64,000 nt of DNA from an uncultured Candidatus Saccharibacteria bacterium (GCA_964503755.1 CAZDBO010000002.1:261-64260); one strand, 5' to 3'; shown: positions 40,375 to 51,229, counted from the stretch's first letter. Notes: generated by a model not told the origin, from the sequence alone. Translations and numbers: made by a program.

Positions 40375-41936
40375 AGCTTTATTATTACAATGAAAAGAAG
40401 AAAAACAGATTAATATATTTCGTTATTCCACTTATAATTATTTCGTTAATCAGTACGATAATCTACTTTTTTTATTACTCAGAGAATAAAAATAAAAGTT
40501 CAGAATCTGGCTCGTCAATAAATGTGCAAAATTATATCATAGAAAAAGAAACTAAATATGAGTATAAATTTACTCATTATTTCGTACCTATTACAAATCT
40601 AAAAAACTATAGAAATAATATAAATATTGAAGAATTAAAAAATCTAAAAGAATTGTACGCTTTGCAAAAAGACAAGCAAGTACTTACACAAATATTAGAA
40701 AAACTTAACATTTCATTAAATCTAACATATTTCGACAACATTGATGATTTTTATAATGCTATACGAAAAAATAATGATGTTATGGGAATATTAAATATTG
40801 ATGATTTGGATATTCGAGTTAAAGCATTATCTTTCGAAAATCATTTTCTTTTTGATAAAGAGAAAACAGAGAGTGAATATCTACTTTCACATACAGAGAT
40901 AAAAATATCACCTGAAAAAACTGATGATCAGACAAACTATTCACATAGTGGCTTAAATATTCTTATTCATACTGGTTCTGTGATACCAGGACGTGGGGTT
41001 GAAACTTTCACAAGAAGATTACACAATGGCGATTATACTAAACTTTTTGAAGGCACAAAAAGTATTTTATCTAAAGCTTATATTTTAACAGGGACTTTTG
41101 AAGCACCAGTCTTAGGTGAAGGAAATGGAGCTACTTGCGGAAGCTGTGTACAATTTGTCGGCAATGAAAAATTTATCGATGCAGTAGTTTATGCTGGTTA
41201 TGATTATTTTTCTCTTGCGGCAAATCATATCATGGACGGAGGAGTAGATGGATTAAAACGCACTCAAGAATTGTTAAGTCAGAACAACATCTTATACAAT
41301 GGTGCATCATTGCTCGGACGTGAAGATGCCGCAAAACCAGTTTTAATAGAGAAAAATGGTCTAAGACTTGCTTTTATAGCATTCAATGACACTCCTGGAC
41401 GTAATCAATGGGCAGATGAAAATACTGCAGGCACAGCGAATATCTCTGATTGGATAATAGATTCTCAAGGGCGTACTATCAAATATGAACCGAATGTAGA
41501 TAGAATAAAAAAATATATTAATGACGCTAAGGCTTTAAATCCAGATTTTGTAATCGCAGTCATGCACTGGGGTGGACGTGAGTATGTAGCGGATGCTTTA
41601 CCTTATCAAAAGACTTTAGCTAAGTTACTAATTGAAAATGGTGTAGATATTATTCTGGGTGATCATGTTCACTGGGTACAAGAGATCGAATTTATTGGTG
41701 ATAAGCCAGTTTTTTATGGTGTAGGAAATTATATTTTTGATCAGATGTGGAGTATAGAGACGAGGCAAGGAATTTTTCTTGAACTGATTTTTTATAAAAA
41801 CAAACTTAAAACTTTCAGATTACATCCTCATCAACTGTACCTGTATGACAAAGGTTATCCTGAATTGTTAGATGAAAATTCGAAAGAATATAGACAAACC
41901 TTAGATCGTATTTTTTCTGTAAGCGAAAATATATAG
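40371..41936 (+). CDS. CapA/PgsA-family (PGA_cap, metallophosphatase-like) membrane-anchored protein
   Basis: An N-terminal transmembrane helix is followed by GVDGLKRTQELL, IAVMHWGGREY and ILGDHVHWVQEIE, which are CapA metallophosphoesterase-like motifs. The gene overlaps the ATP-grasp stop by 4 nt. Confidence 0.65.
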   Translation: MKLYYYNEKKKNRLIYFVIPLIIISLISTIIYFFYYSENKNKSSESGSSINVQNYIIEKETKYEYKFTHYFVPITNLKNYRNNINIEELKNLKELYALQKDKQVLTQILEKLNISLNLTYFDNIDDFYNAIRKNNDVMGILNIDDLDIRVKALSFENHFLFDKEKTESEYLLSHTEIKISPEKTDDQTNYSHSGLNILIHTGSVIPGRGVETFTRRLHNGDYTKLFEGTKSILSKAYILTGTFEAPVLGEGNGATCGSCVQFVGNEKFIDAVVYAGYDYFSLAANHIMDGGVDGLKRTQELLSQNNILYNGASLLGREDAAKPVLIEKNGLRLAFIAFNDTPGRNQWADENTAGTANISDWIIDSQGRTIKYEPNVDRIKKYINDAKALNPDFVIAVMHWGGREYVADALPYQKTLAKLLIENGVDIILGDHVHWVQEIEFIGDKPVFYGVGNYIFDQMWSIETRQGIFLELIFYKNKLKTFRLHPHQLYLYDKGYPELLDENSKEYRQTLDRIFSVSENI

Positions 41937-41970
41937 ACAAAACAATCATTGTGTTATTATCATACAGATT

Positions 41971-43068
41971 ATGGCATCAAAATTATCTGTAGGAATCGTA
42001 GGTTTACCCAATGTCGGCAAATCAACTTTATTTAATACAATAACAAGATTAAATGCTCTAGCTGCAAACTATCCATTTGCGACAATTGAACCAAATATCG
42101 GTGTTGTACCGATCAAAGATCCTAGATTAAAAACATTATCAGAACTTTCAAATTCTACAGAGACTATACCGACTGCAATAGAATTTTGGGATATTGCCGG
42201 TCTTGTCAAAGGTGCTTCTGAGGGCGAAGGACTAGGAAATCAGTTTTTAAGTCATATCAGAGAAGTAGATATGATAATTCATCTAGTAAGACTTTTTGAA
42301 GATCCAAATATAATTCATGTCGAAAATAGAATACATCCAGCAGAAGATATAAAAATCATTAATCAAGAATTAATTTTGAAAGATATTGAAACATTGTCAA
42401 AACGAATAACAGACATAAAAGCAAAACTAAAATCAAATAAAGATAACAAACTAAGTGAATATTTAGATTATTTAGAGAAATTATATCAGCATCTAAACAA
42501 TGGATATCTCGCGAATATTTTTACAAAAGCGCACAACGAATTTGATATCTCTGATTTACATTTACTTACTAATAAAACTATTTTATATGTAGCTAATGTA
42601 GATGAAAAAGATCTAACTATTACAGAGCAGGAATTAAGAAATAAGTTAGATTTATCTGCTGATGATCATGTTGTTGCTATAAGTGTCAAATTAGAATCAG
42701 AGATAGTTTCTTTATCCGAAGATGAACAATATGATTATCTCAATACTTTTGGTATTACAGAATCAGGAATAGATAAGATTGCACGTATGTGTTATCAGAT
42801 GCTTGGTTTGATAACATTTTTTACAACTGGAGAGAAAGAAACCCGTGCTTGGACTATAAAAAAGGGCACAAAAGCACCACAAGCCGCAGGAGTCATACAT
42901 ACAGATTTTGAAAAGAATTTTATATGTTTAGAATGTGTATCTTATGATGATTTTGTAACTGCTGGATCATGGAATAAAGCACGAGAAATGGGCAAAGTAA
43001 GACAAGAAGGAAAAGACTATGAAGTAAAAGATGGTGATGTAATAATAGTAAAACATAACGCAAAATAA
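41971..43068 (+). CDS. ychF: ribosome-binding ATPase YchF
   Basis: The GIVGLPNVGKSTLFN G1 motif, a DIAGLVKGAS G3 motif, and a C-terminal TGS-like domain. Confidence 0.9.
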   Translation: MASKLSVGIVGLPNVGKSTLFNTITRLNALAANYPFATIEPNIGVVPIKDPRLKTLSELSNSTETIPTAIEFWDIAGLVKGASEGEGLGNQFLSHIREVDMIIHLVRLFEDPNIIHVENRIHPAEDIKIINQELILKDIETLSKRITDIKAKLKSNKDNKLSEYLDYLEKLYQHLNNGYLANIFTKAHNEFDISDLHLLTNKTILYVANVDEKDLTITEQELRNKLDLSADDHVVAISVKLESEIVSLSEDEQYDYLNTFGITESGIDKIARMCYQMLGLITFFTTGEKETRAWTIKKGTKAPQAAGVIHTDFEKNFICLECVSYDDFVTAGSWNKAREMGKVRQEGKDYEVKDGDVIIVKHNAK

Positions 43069-43115
43069 TGAAGGATTTTACAAATTACAATTTATAGGTA
43101 TAATACACAAAAATT

Positions 43116-43454
43116 ATGAAAGCAAATATACACCCAAAAACATATACTATAAATATTACTTGTTCATCATGTGGTAGTACTTATACAGTAGAATCTACTC
43201 TCGAACATGATTATACAGTTGGTACTTGCGCCAATTGTCATCCTGTTTATCGAGGTGAAAAAGTAGATCAAGGAACACAAAAAGATGCACGAGTATCTGC
43301 ATTTACCGAGAAAATGACAAAGGCCAAAGAGCTACAAGAAAAAATTAAGCAAATCCAAGAAGCAAAGCAGCAGAGATTAGCAAACAAAGTTGGTGTCATT
43401 GCACGTGAAAAGCCATCACTTAGTGATATTGTTGCTAAAAAATCGAAAAAATAG
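43116..43454 (+). CDS. rpmE: 50S ribosomal protein L31 (Zn-ribbon type) with K/Q-rich C-terminal extension
   Basis: MKANIHPK followed by CSSCGS...CANCHP, with four Cys residues. Confidence 0.8.
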   Translation: MKANIHPKTYTINITCSSCGSTYTVESTLEHDYTVGTCANCHPVYRGEKVDQGTQKDARVSAFTEKMTKAKELQEKIKQIQEAKQQRLANKVGVIAREKPSLSDIVAKKSKK

Positions 43455-43469
43455 AATTATAAAAAATAT

Positions 43470-44558
43470 ATGAATTTTGAAGATATTGATATATCTTCTT
43501 TGCGTAGTAAGTTTGATGAATTAAATTCTAAAATATTAGATATTACAGATTTTAATTCTCAAGAGTCAAAATCTATTATCTCAGAATACAATAGATTAAA
43601 AGAAACTATTGAAACTTACGAAGAAATTTTGAACATACAGAGGCAAATTGAACAAAATGAAGAACTAAAAGACGATCCTGAACTAGCAGATCTTGCTTCT
43701 ACTGAAAATAAAAATTTATATCCTAAACTAGAAAAATTAAAACAAAATGTACAACTTTTACTTCTACCACCAGATCCAAATGATGAAAAAAATGTTATTT
43801 TAGAGATACGAGCAGGTACAGGTGGTGAAGAGGCTGCGCTTTTTGCTGCTGATCTTTTTCGTATGTACAATAGATATGCTAATTCGAAGGGTTGGACTGT
43901 ACAGGTACTTAGCATATCAGAATCCGACACTGGTGGAATAAAAGAAATAATAGCAAAAATAATTGGCAAAGGCGCTTATAAAATGCTCAAAGGTGAATCA
44001 GGGGTACACAGAGTACAAAGAATACCTGTCACTGAGAGTAATGGACGAATTCACACTTCTGCTGCTAGTGTAGTAGTAATGCCAGAAATTGATGATATCG
44101 AGATTGTCATAAAACCAGAGGACATACGTATTGATGTGTTTAGGTCTGCAGGACATGGCGGACAGAGCGTTAATACTACTGATTCAGCAGTACGCATCAC
44201 ACACCTACCCACTGGTCTTATAGTTACATGTCAGGACACCAAAGATCAGCATAAAAACAAAGAATCAGCAATGTCAGTGCTTAGAGCCAGACTATATCAA
44301 ATGGAACTTGAAAAACAACAAGGCGAAATATCAAATATCAGAAAATCAGCAATAAAAACAGGGGATAGATCTGATAAAATAAAAACTTATAATTTTCCAC
44401 AAAATAGACTAACAGATCACCGAATAAATAAAACTTGGTATGACTTGGATAATATAATGGAAGGTAATTTAGATAATGTAATCAGAGAATACTTTGTTCG
44501 AAAAACAAAAATTAATAATGAAAAAATTGCAATCAACTGTAATAATTATATTAAATAA
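43470..44558 (+). CDS. prfA: peptide chain release factor 1
   Basis: The GGQ motif is present ([22 protein letters not shown]). A PVT tripeptide in [14 protein letters not shown] is a PxT-type RF1 decoding motif. Confidence 0.9.
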   Translation: MNFEDIDISSLRSKFDELNSKILDITDFNSQESKSIISEYNRLKETIETYEEILNIQRQIEQNEELKDDPELADLASTENKNLYPKLEKLKQNVQLLLLPPDPNDEKNVILEIRAGTGGEEAALFAADLFRMYNRYANSKGWTVQVLSISESDTGGIKEIIAKIIGKGAYKMLKGESGVHRVQRIPVTESNGRIHTSAASVVVMPEIDDIEIVIKPEDIRIDVFRSAGHGGQSVNTTDSAVRITHLPTGLIVTCQDTKDQHKNKESAMSVLRARLYQMELEKQQGEISNIRKSAIKTGDRSDKIKTYNFPQNRLTDHRINKTWYDLDNIMEGNLDNVIREYFVRKTKINNEKIAINCNNYIK

Positions 44559-44947
44559 AATTCCGACACTAAATGAAATAGAATATTATAATGTAATGAT
44601 CATTTAATGTCAAGAATTTTATTCACCACTATTTTGATGTTTTTTGTAGTTTGTTTTCTAGTTCTAAAAATTTCATCAATTTACCAACAGCCTCTAAGAA
44701 TCTGTCAGTATTTGAAAGCGTCTTATTCCCAAATTCTTCTAATATTTCAGTTAATTTTCCAATGTCTCTCTGAATGACCCGTTGAGAGTCTGGTTATTCA
44801 GCTTTCATAAGTATTATTACATGAAATTATTAAAAACACAACTCAATATTTTTTAATAAGTATATTTTTAGAATATTTCTTTGATCTTTCATACTCTTAA
44901 GTATTTGCAATGTTATAACGATAAAAATATAAATTACTATAAAAAAT

Positions 44948-46213
44948 TCAAAAACGCCTACCTGTTTGACGATAACGCCAATATGTGTTTAGGGTTTCTA
45001 GAACCCAATCGGACTCTGGAACTTTTCCTACGTGTACGGACAAAATTAATTTATAATATTCATTGATACCAATATTTCTCAATTTTTCATGCCCAATATT
45101 TCTTTCAGCAATTGCAAGAAAATTTATGAAAAAAGCTAGAAATCCACCTGGCCATGCTCTAAATGCAGCATATTTATGTTCCCATACTTCATCAGATACA
45201 ACATCACTTTGACAATAAACACCTTCTAATAAATTACCAGGATTATTTGGTGATCCACCACGCTTATTATTTGGTGGTTCATTAGGATTTCCTATCCAGT
45301 TCGAGTCATTACCCATATTGCTTTCATGTTGAAATACGACTATAGCCAAAAGAGGATAAGTAATGAGACAATATATACATATAAAGGAAATACTAGATAG
45401 CTAGCACTACCGATTACATTTTTTAGTCATAAACTTAATGTAATGCATATACAAGTTTAATTAAAACGTCCCTTGTTCTATTGCATCCCAATTTTTTTGT
45501 CTTACTGCCTCAACAAATCTTTCTTTATACTTTAAAAAATCTTCTATTGCTTTCTTTTCTTCCGAAGTCAAATCACGATGTCGTCTACCGTAAAAATGTA
45601 CTGCAAGTATATTTCTATATACATCCGCCTGCGGAGTTTCAGCAAGAATAAGTCCTTCTTTTATCAAGACATGTGCTATTGCAATATGATTTGCTAAACC
45701 GCTTGCCATTCCTGCCGTCCAAGTTTCAAATGCTGAATATTTTCTTCAATTTGGTGGGGTGGTAGTTTCGTTAGTACAATAAGCTCCCTCCATAATGTTA
45801 AAAGGATTTTTCTTGATTCCTTGCCAATTTGGATCTCGCTTAATCCCTTGCTGTCCTGTTTCATGTTTAAATAGCACTGCAGCCATCAAAGGATCAGCAA
45901 TACGATTATCGTACATTTCCATTATTAGTTGAACAACATTTTCGGTTTCTCCATCATCACCAATTGCACTGTTAATAAAAAAACGAAGGAGAGCTTTCTC
46001 GATAACACCACGATCTATATCATATGTTTTTGTTAATCTAAATACTTCCTTGACATGTCCTCCTCCAAATTCGGGTTGAGCTCCAGCTGCCGCACATATA
46101 TTGTTTATAGGGACTATTAAAGTATTATCTGCGCCTTGTGTAATATTTGTTGTTCTATCATCACTTACACAAGCAGATAATAGAAACTGAACACCAGCAA
46201 ACGCGAACCGCAA
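44948..46213 (-). pseudogene. lipoprotein of unknown function with two in-frame stops
   Basis: The N-terminus MRFAFAGVQFLLSAC contains a lipobox. Three track ORFs (45746..46213, 45461..45709, 44948..45349) lie in the same frame, separated by TGA at 45746-45748 and TAA at 45461-45463. The region is visibly less AT-rich than its flanks. Confidence 0.45.
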
Positions 46214-46293
46214 AAAACGACGCCTACTTATTTTTTTTGATTATATATGCTTTAATAATTTATATTATAAATATTATAAAATAATAAATTATT

Positions 46294-47502
46294 TTGCTAT
46301 ACTATCTTACCATGTCTTCACAAGCGATCATCCTCTGCGGAGGAAAATCTACGCGTACTTATCCACTGACTATTACAAAACCAAAGCCACTTTTGAAAAT
46401 AGCAAATAAACCCATGCTTGGTCACCTTTTAGATAACATAAAAGATTATTTTAATGAAATTATTTTGATAATTAATTATCATGGTGATCAAATCAAAAAT
46501 TTTATCAATATAAATTATTCAAATTACAATATCAAATTTGTAGAACAAGATGAACCTAAGGGTACGGGTGATGCAATATTTAGATGTAAAGATTTGATTA
46601 AAGATAAATTTGTAGTAATCAATGGGGATGATTTTTATGGACCAGATTTGATAAATAATATAGACAAATATAGATATTCAATATTAGTACACGAAGTAGA
46701 AAATATATCACAGTATGGAAAAATAATTTATGATGATAGTGGCAAAATTATAAAAATATATGAAAAACCACCCGAATACGACCCAGGCCTCGCTAATACA
46801 GGTGTGTACATATTAGACAAGAAAATTTTTGAATTTGATCTTGAATTATCAGAAAGGGGAGAATACGAAATTATTAGTCTTATTAATAAACTAATAAAAC
46901 ACGATGAAGTATATTATCAAAAGATTGAGACTTGGTTTCCTGTGACTTATCCATGGAATCTGCTTAGAATAAATGAATTTTTAATTTCAAATATAGAAAA
47001 CGATATCCAAGGTCAAATAGAACCTGGTGCCACAATCAAAGGCAAGATAGTTTTAGGTCAAAACAGCATTATCAAATCGGGTGCATATATTGAAGGAAAC
47101 GTAGTAATAGGCGACAACTGTATTATAGGTCCAAACTGCTATATCAGAGGATATACAAGCATTGGTAACAATTGCAAGATAGGTAACGCGGTAGAAATCA
47201 AAAACTCAATAATCGGTGATAATACAAATGTTGCTCATCTTTCATATGTAGGTGATAGTATACTTGGTGATTTTGTCAATTTGGGCGCAGGGACGGTCAC
47301 GGCAAATCTTAGACATGATGAGAAAAATATTTTTTCAGAAGTAAAAGATCAACTCATAGATACAAATCGTAAAAAACTAGGTACAATAATAGCAGATGGA
47401 GTCCACACTGGTATTAATACCTCGATTTATCCAGGCAGAAAAATGTGGCCAAATACTACCACACGTCCGGGTGAGATTGTTATAAAAGATATTATTAAAT
47501 AA
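46294..47502 (+). CDS. bifunctional sugar-1-phosphate nucleotidyltransferase / acyltransferase (archaeal-type GlmU-like)
   Basis: An N-terminal AIILCGGKSTRTYPLT...KPLLKI nucleotidyltransferase is joined to C-terminal left-handed beta-helix hexapeptide repeats (IGDNCIIGPNCYIRGYTSIGNNCKIGNAVEIKNSIIGDN). It lies directly upstream of glmS. Confidence 0.7.
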   Translation: MLYYLTMSSQAIILCGGKSTRTYPLTITKPKPLLKIANKPMLGHLLDNIKDYFNEIILIINYHGDQIKNFININYSNYNIKFVEQDEPKGTGDAIFRCKDLIKDKFVVINGDDFYGPDLINNIDKYRYSILVHEVENISQYGKIIYDDSGKIIKIYEKPPEYDPGLANTGVYILDKKIFEFDLELSERGEYEIISLINKLIKHDEVYYQKIETWFPVTYPWNLLRINEFLISNIENDIQGQIEPGATIKGKIVLGQNSIIKSGAYIEGNVVIGDNCIIGPNCYIRGYTSIGNNCKIGNAVEIKNSIIGDNTNVAHLSYVGDSILGDFVNLGAGTVTANLRHDEKNIFSEVKDQLIDTNRKKLGTIIADGVHTGINTSIYPGRKMWPNTTTRPGEIVIKDIIK

Positions 47503-47510
47503 AAATAATT

Positions 47511-49241
47511 ATGTGTGGAATAGTAGGAATAATATCAAAAAATAAATTTAGTGTTAAAAACTCTTTACAAAGATTGAAAAAACTAGAATACAGAGGATAT
47601 GACTCATTTGGATATTATTATGATGGAGATTTGGAGAGACATGTTGGTGAGGTAATAATACCAAATAAAGAACATTTTACAAATAAAATAATTTGTCACA
47701 CACGTTGGGCCACGCATGGTGGTGTAACTGAGAAAAACGCACATCCTCATTTATCTTGTGATAAAAAAATAGCAATAGTCCACAATGGAATAATAGAAAA
47801 TTATCAAGAACTAAAGTTTGACTTGCAAAAAAAAGGTCATATATTCACAAGTGAAACTGACTCGGAAGTGATAGCCCATTATTTTGAAGAAAAACTAAAA
47901 AATATGGATGTGTGTTCAGCGATTGTCGAATTTTTTAAAGATGTGCATGGAGAATTTGCTATTGTAATGATGATTCACGGCGACAATAATATCTATGCTA
48001 TCAAAAGAGATTCGCCTTTGGTATTAGGAACTGGCGATGGAACATATTATTTAGCCTCTGATATTTATGCTTTTTCTGACACTACAAATAATTGTATCTT
48101 TTTTGAAAACGATGAATTTGCGATAGTATCGGACTCTGATTATCAATTTTATGACAAAAATGGTAATAAAATAACAAAAAAAATACAGCAACTTGGATGG
48201 ACACAAAGCACAGAAGACAAACAAGAATATGATCATTTCATGATAAAAGAAATAATGGAAGAACCTACGGTGATAAATAGACTTATTTTCAGTTTGCAAA
48301 ATGAACAAAAAGAAAATCTAGATAAATTTATCAAAATTATTAAATCACACAAAAAGGTAACATTTGTTGCTGCAGGCTCTAGTTATCATGCATCTTTATT
48401 TGGTGTGTATTTATTTCATAAAGTAGGTATAAATGCTCAAACTCTGATTGCATCCGAGTTTGATAATTATGTAGGGCTGGATGATCAAAGTGTCGTGATA
48501 GCGATCTCCCAATCTGGAGAAACAATGGATGTAATAGAAGCGTTGAAATATGCTAAAAACAAAGGAGCAAAAATTCTTTCTATCGTAAACGTACCTTATT
48601 CTACTATTCAACGCATGTCAGAAGTATCACTAAATATCTATGCAGGACAAGAAGTATGCGTCGCTGCAACAAAAACATTTATTAATCAAGTAATTTTACT
48701 TTTGTATACTACACATACCCTTGGACTAGACATAGATATAAACACTATATCTAATCAAGTACAAAATTTATTTATAAATAAAGATAAAATAATTCAAATT
48801 GCGGAAAAAATATACAATGTAAAAGATCTTTACATACTAGGTCGTGGTATAGGATATCCAATAGCTAGGGAAATAGCATTAAAAATCAAAGAAATTTGTT
48901 ATATCCATGCCGAAGGTATGATGGGTGGAGAATTAAAACATGGTACTATTGCTCTTATAGAAAACGGAACTGTTGTTTTATCAATAATGCCAACATCCAA
49001 TCCTGCAATTTTTTCTAATACCAAAGAAGTAGAAGCAAGAGGAGCAATTGTTATTAAAATAACAAATAATAAAGATTGGCAAGGTCAAGATAACACAATA
49101 TTTATAGATACAGATGATGAAGTAATATTTTCTATATTATCAACTATTATTGGTCAAATATTGACTTATTATATCGCGCTAAAACGAGGTAATCCAATTG
49201 ATAAACCTAGAAATCTGGCAAAAAGTGTGACGGTGAAATAG
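47511..49241 (+). CDS. glmS: glutamine--fructose-6-phosphate aminotransferase
   Basis: MCGIVGI provides the N-terminal Cys nucleophile, followed by two SIS domains ending in KSVTVK. Confidence 0.9.
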   Translation: MCGIVGIISKNKFSVKNSLQRLKKLEYRGYDSFGYYYDGDLERHVGEVIIPNKEHFTNKIICHTRWATHGGVTEKNAHPHLSCDKKIAIVHNGIIENYQELKFDLQKKGHIFTSETDSEVIAHYFEEKLKNMDVCSAIVEFFKDVHGEFAIVMMIHGDNNIYAIKRDSPLVLGTGDGTYYLASDIYAFSDTTNNCIFFENDEFAIVSDSDYQFYDKNGNKITKKIQQLGWTQSTEDKQEYDHFMIKEIMEEPTVINRLIFSLQNEQKENLDKFIKIIKSHKKVTFVAAGSSYHASLFGVYLFHKVGINAQTLIASEFDNYVGLDDQSVVIAISQSGETMDVIEALKYAKNKGAKILSIVNVPYSTIQRMSEVSLNIYAGQEVCVAATKTFINQVILLLYTTHTLGLDIDINTISNQVQNLFINKDKIIQIAEKIYNVKDLYILGRGIGYPIAREIALKIKEICYIHAEGMMGGELKHGTIALIENGTVVLSIMPTSNPAIFSNTKEVEARGAIVIKITNNKDWQGQDNTIFIDTDDEVIFSILSTIIGQILTYYIALKRGNPIDKPRNLAKSVTVK

Positions 49242-49594
49242 TTGCAAAAAATTAAAAATTACTCAAACTAAGATCTGTATAATATATATAATATAAAATA
49301 CTCCTAAGATGTCTCAAACAGCTATAAAATCAGTAAAAATATTTTAATATTGTACTGATTAATTTTGAATTTACATTTATTTGATTAATGTTTTGCAACG
49401 TTTTCATGCATATCAGATCTATGTGATTGGATAATTTCTAATTTATTTCTATTAATCAAAAAGTTTATCATTTTATAAGATATCTCTAACCAAAACCTAA
49501 TTTTTATTGACTAAATATTTGTTTTCTTATAACTAAAGACAAATTTTATCAGTTCTTAATTTAGATTTTGTTTTTCTGCAAAGAATCATATATA

Positions 49595-50092
49595 TTACGA
49601 ACTTATTTTAAACCCCAATATATCCTCCATAAGTGACAGATGAGCTACATTTATAAACCATTCTTGCAATAACTTTATTAATGTACCAACAAAAAACATA
49701 AGATTTAAATCCAAATTTGAAAACATTTGATGCCAAAACAAACAGATTAAAATATTTTCAAAATAGTTTCCAAAAATTAAAAGAAACTCACGCTTTTTAT
49801 AAATAGAAAAAAGAATTGTACCAACCGTACGCCATAAAAATAGAAATGTTAGTAAGATACTATAATCTGGAAACAAAAAATATCCAATTATAAATTCAAA
49901 TGCAAAACACCAATTATCTAACCACTTATCAATAAACTGATATTGTGCCTTGCTTACTACACGATGGGCGAGTTCTACATCTATAGCATCAAGAAAAAAT
50001 CGATAAAAGTATTATAATAAAAGGAAAAATAATATAAATGGATCTTGTAAAATACGAACTATTACAATCAAATAATAACTATATTCAAATAT
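49595..50092 (-). pseudogene. CDP-alcohol phosphatidyltransferase-like remnant
   Basis: LDAIDVELAHRVVSKAQ is a degenerate DxxDGxxAR motif with G replaced by V and R by H. An in-frame TAA lies between LFFLLL and YFYRFFL. Confidence 0.4.
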
Positions 50093-50149
50093 CTGCTTTT
50101 TATGTAAACCAACCATTACATCTTTTTAAAATATATATTTCCAAAATAA

Positions 50150-50817
50150 TGTATAATCTTAAACATGAAATTTCAAACTAAAAATATACTCTTTTACATA
50201 TAATTTGTGACTACAAAATCAGTGGTCTAGAATATGGAGAAATTCTAAATCAATTCTATAACCATTTGAAAAATCCAAATGATGTAATATTTCATTTTAC
50301 CGAAGGCCGCCATTAGATACTATCGCCATAGGTTTTGTAACGGCACAATATGCGTGTGCTTATAAAAGTGGTCGCATGATAATATATGGCAATGCCGCAC
50401 CAAGAAGAGATGCAGAAAAAGCTAAAAAAGATAATAGAGATAATGGAATTTTTTATGCCAAACTAAAAAATGGAGTATAGATAATCAATGTTTATAGTGA
50501 ATATGCATTTGGATTTGTAAAATCAGATATTATTGAATTTAAAGAAGTTTATCTGTCCTGACAGTGGTTCACAATTTCGCTCACGCGATTTCTTTGCAGA
50601 GAAAATTGCACATATAATAGAACAAGACTACTCAGTATTAGGTAAAAATATCGACATTAATTCGATCCCAGAGATACCCAATAATCTGGTAGCTTGGACT
50701 GATGGATTTGGAAATATCAAAACCACAATGAGAAAATCTGACTTAGAAAAAATGGGATTAAAAGACGGTGACAGAGTAATTGTTAAATTAAATGAAATAA
50801 GTATGGAAGGATCATAG
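50150..50817 (+). pseudogene. SAM hydroxide adenosyltransferase (DUF62, SalL/FlA-like) remnant
   Basis: The C-terminal WTDGFGNIKTTM matches the iDxFGNlitn motif. Upstream, GIFYAKLKNGV*IINVYSEYAFGFVK and RPPLDTIAIGFVTAQYA are in shifted frames with several stops. Confidence 0.45.
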
Positions 50818-51044
50818 CTACAGGTGGATTTCCTGTAGATAGGGGAAAACTTGCTATAAACATAGTTCATCAGGATTTGATAATCCTTTTGTTGAACTAT
50901 TTCTTCGTGTTCACAGTATGAAAGAAAAAACTGCAGCTGAAGTATTCAATTATTCGCTAGGTGGTACACCCTTTGAAATCAGAACAATTTGAGATATTCA
51001 AATCTTTATTCTCAACAAATTACATGATATTATATATCTGTCTT

Positions 51045-51130
51045 GGAGAGGTGGCCGAGTGGTTGATGGCACCGGTCTTGAAAACCGGCATACGAAAGTA
51101 TCGTGGGTTCGAATCCCACCCTCTCCGCCA
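51045..51130 (+). tRNA. tRNA-Ser (anticodon TGA)
   Basis: GGAGAGGTGGCCGAGTGG..., anticodon loop CTTGAAA, long variable arm CATACGAAAGTATCG, GTTCGAATC T-loop, CCA encoded. Confidence 0.85.
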
Positions 51131-51229
51131 GTTAAATAACATAATTACTAAATTAAATCTCACTCTAAATAAAGAAAAAACAGTATAAACACAGATGAAA
51201 TTTATTAAAAGTAGGCTTTGCATTTATAC

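Noticed and set aside
43616-43969. ORF 43616..43969 on the minus strand (117 aa).
   Set aside because: It lies entirely antisense within the well-supported prfA gene.
43470-44558. The PVT tripeptide in RF1 as an unusual decoding motif.
   Set aside because: The RF1 tripeptide is PxT, and PVT is within its known variation.
44600-44823. Small minus-strand ORF of about 59 codons (MKAE*PDSQRVIQRDIGKLTEILEEFGNKTLSNTDRFLEAVGKLMKFLELENKLQ).
   Set aside because: It is too short and motif-free to call as a feature. It is mentioned only as another example of an in-frame TAA at a plausible Gln position.
50961-51223. ORFs 50961..51188 (+) and 51020..51223 (-).
   Set aside because: Both overlap tRNA-Ser at 51045-51130 and have no coding signal, so they are spurious.
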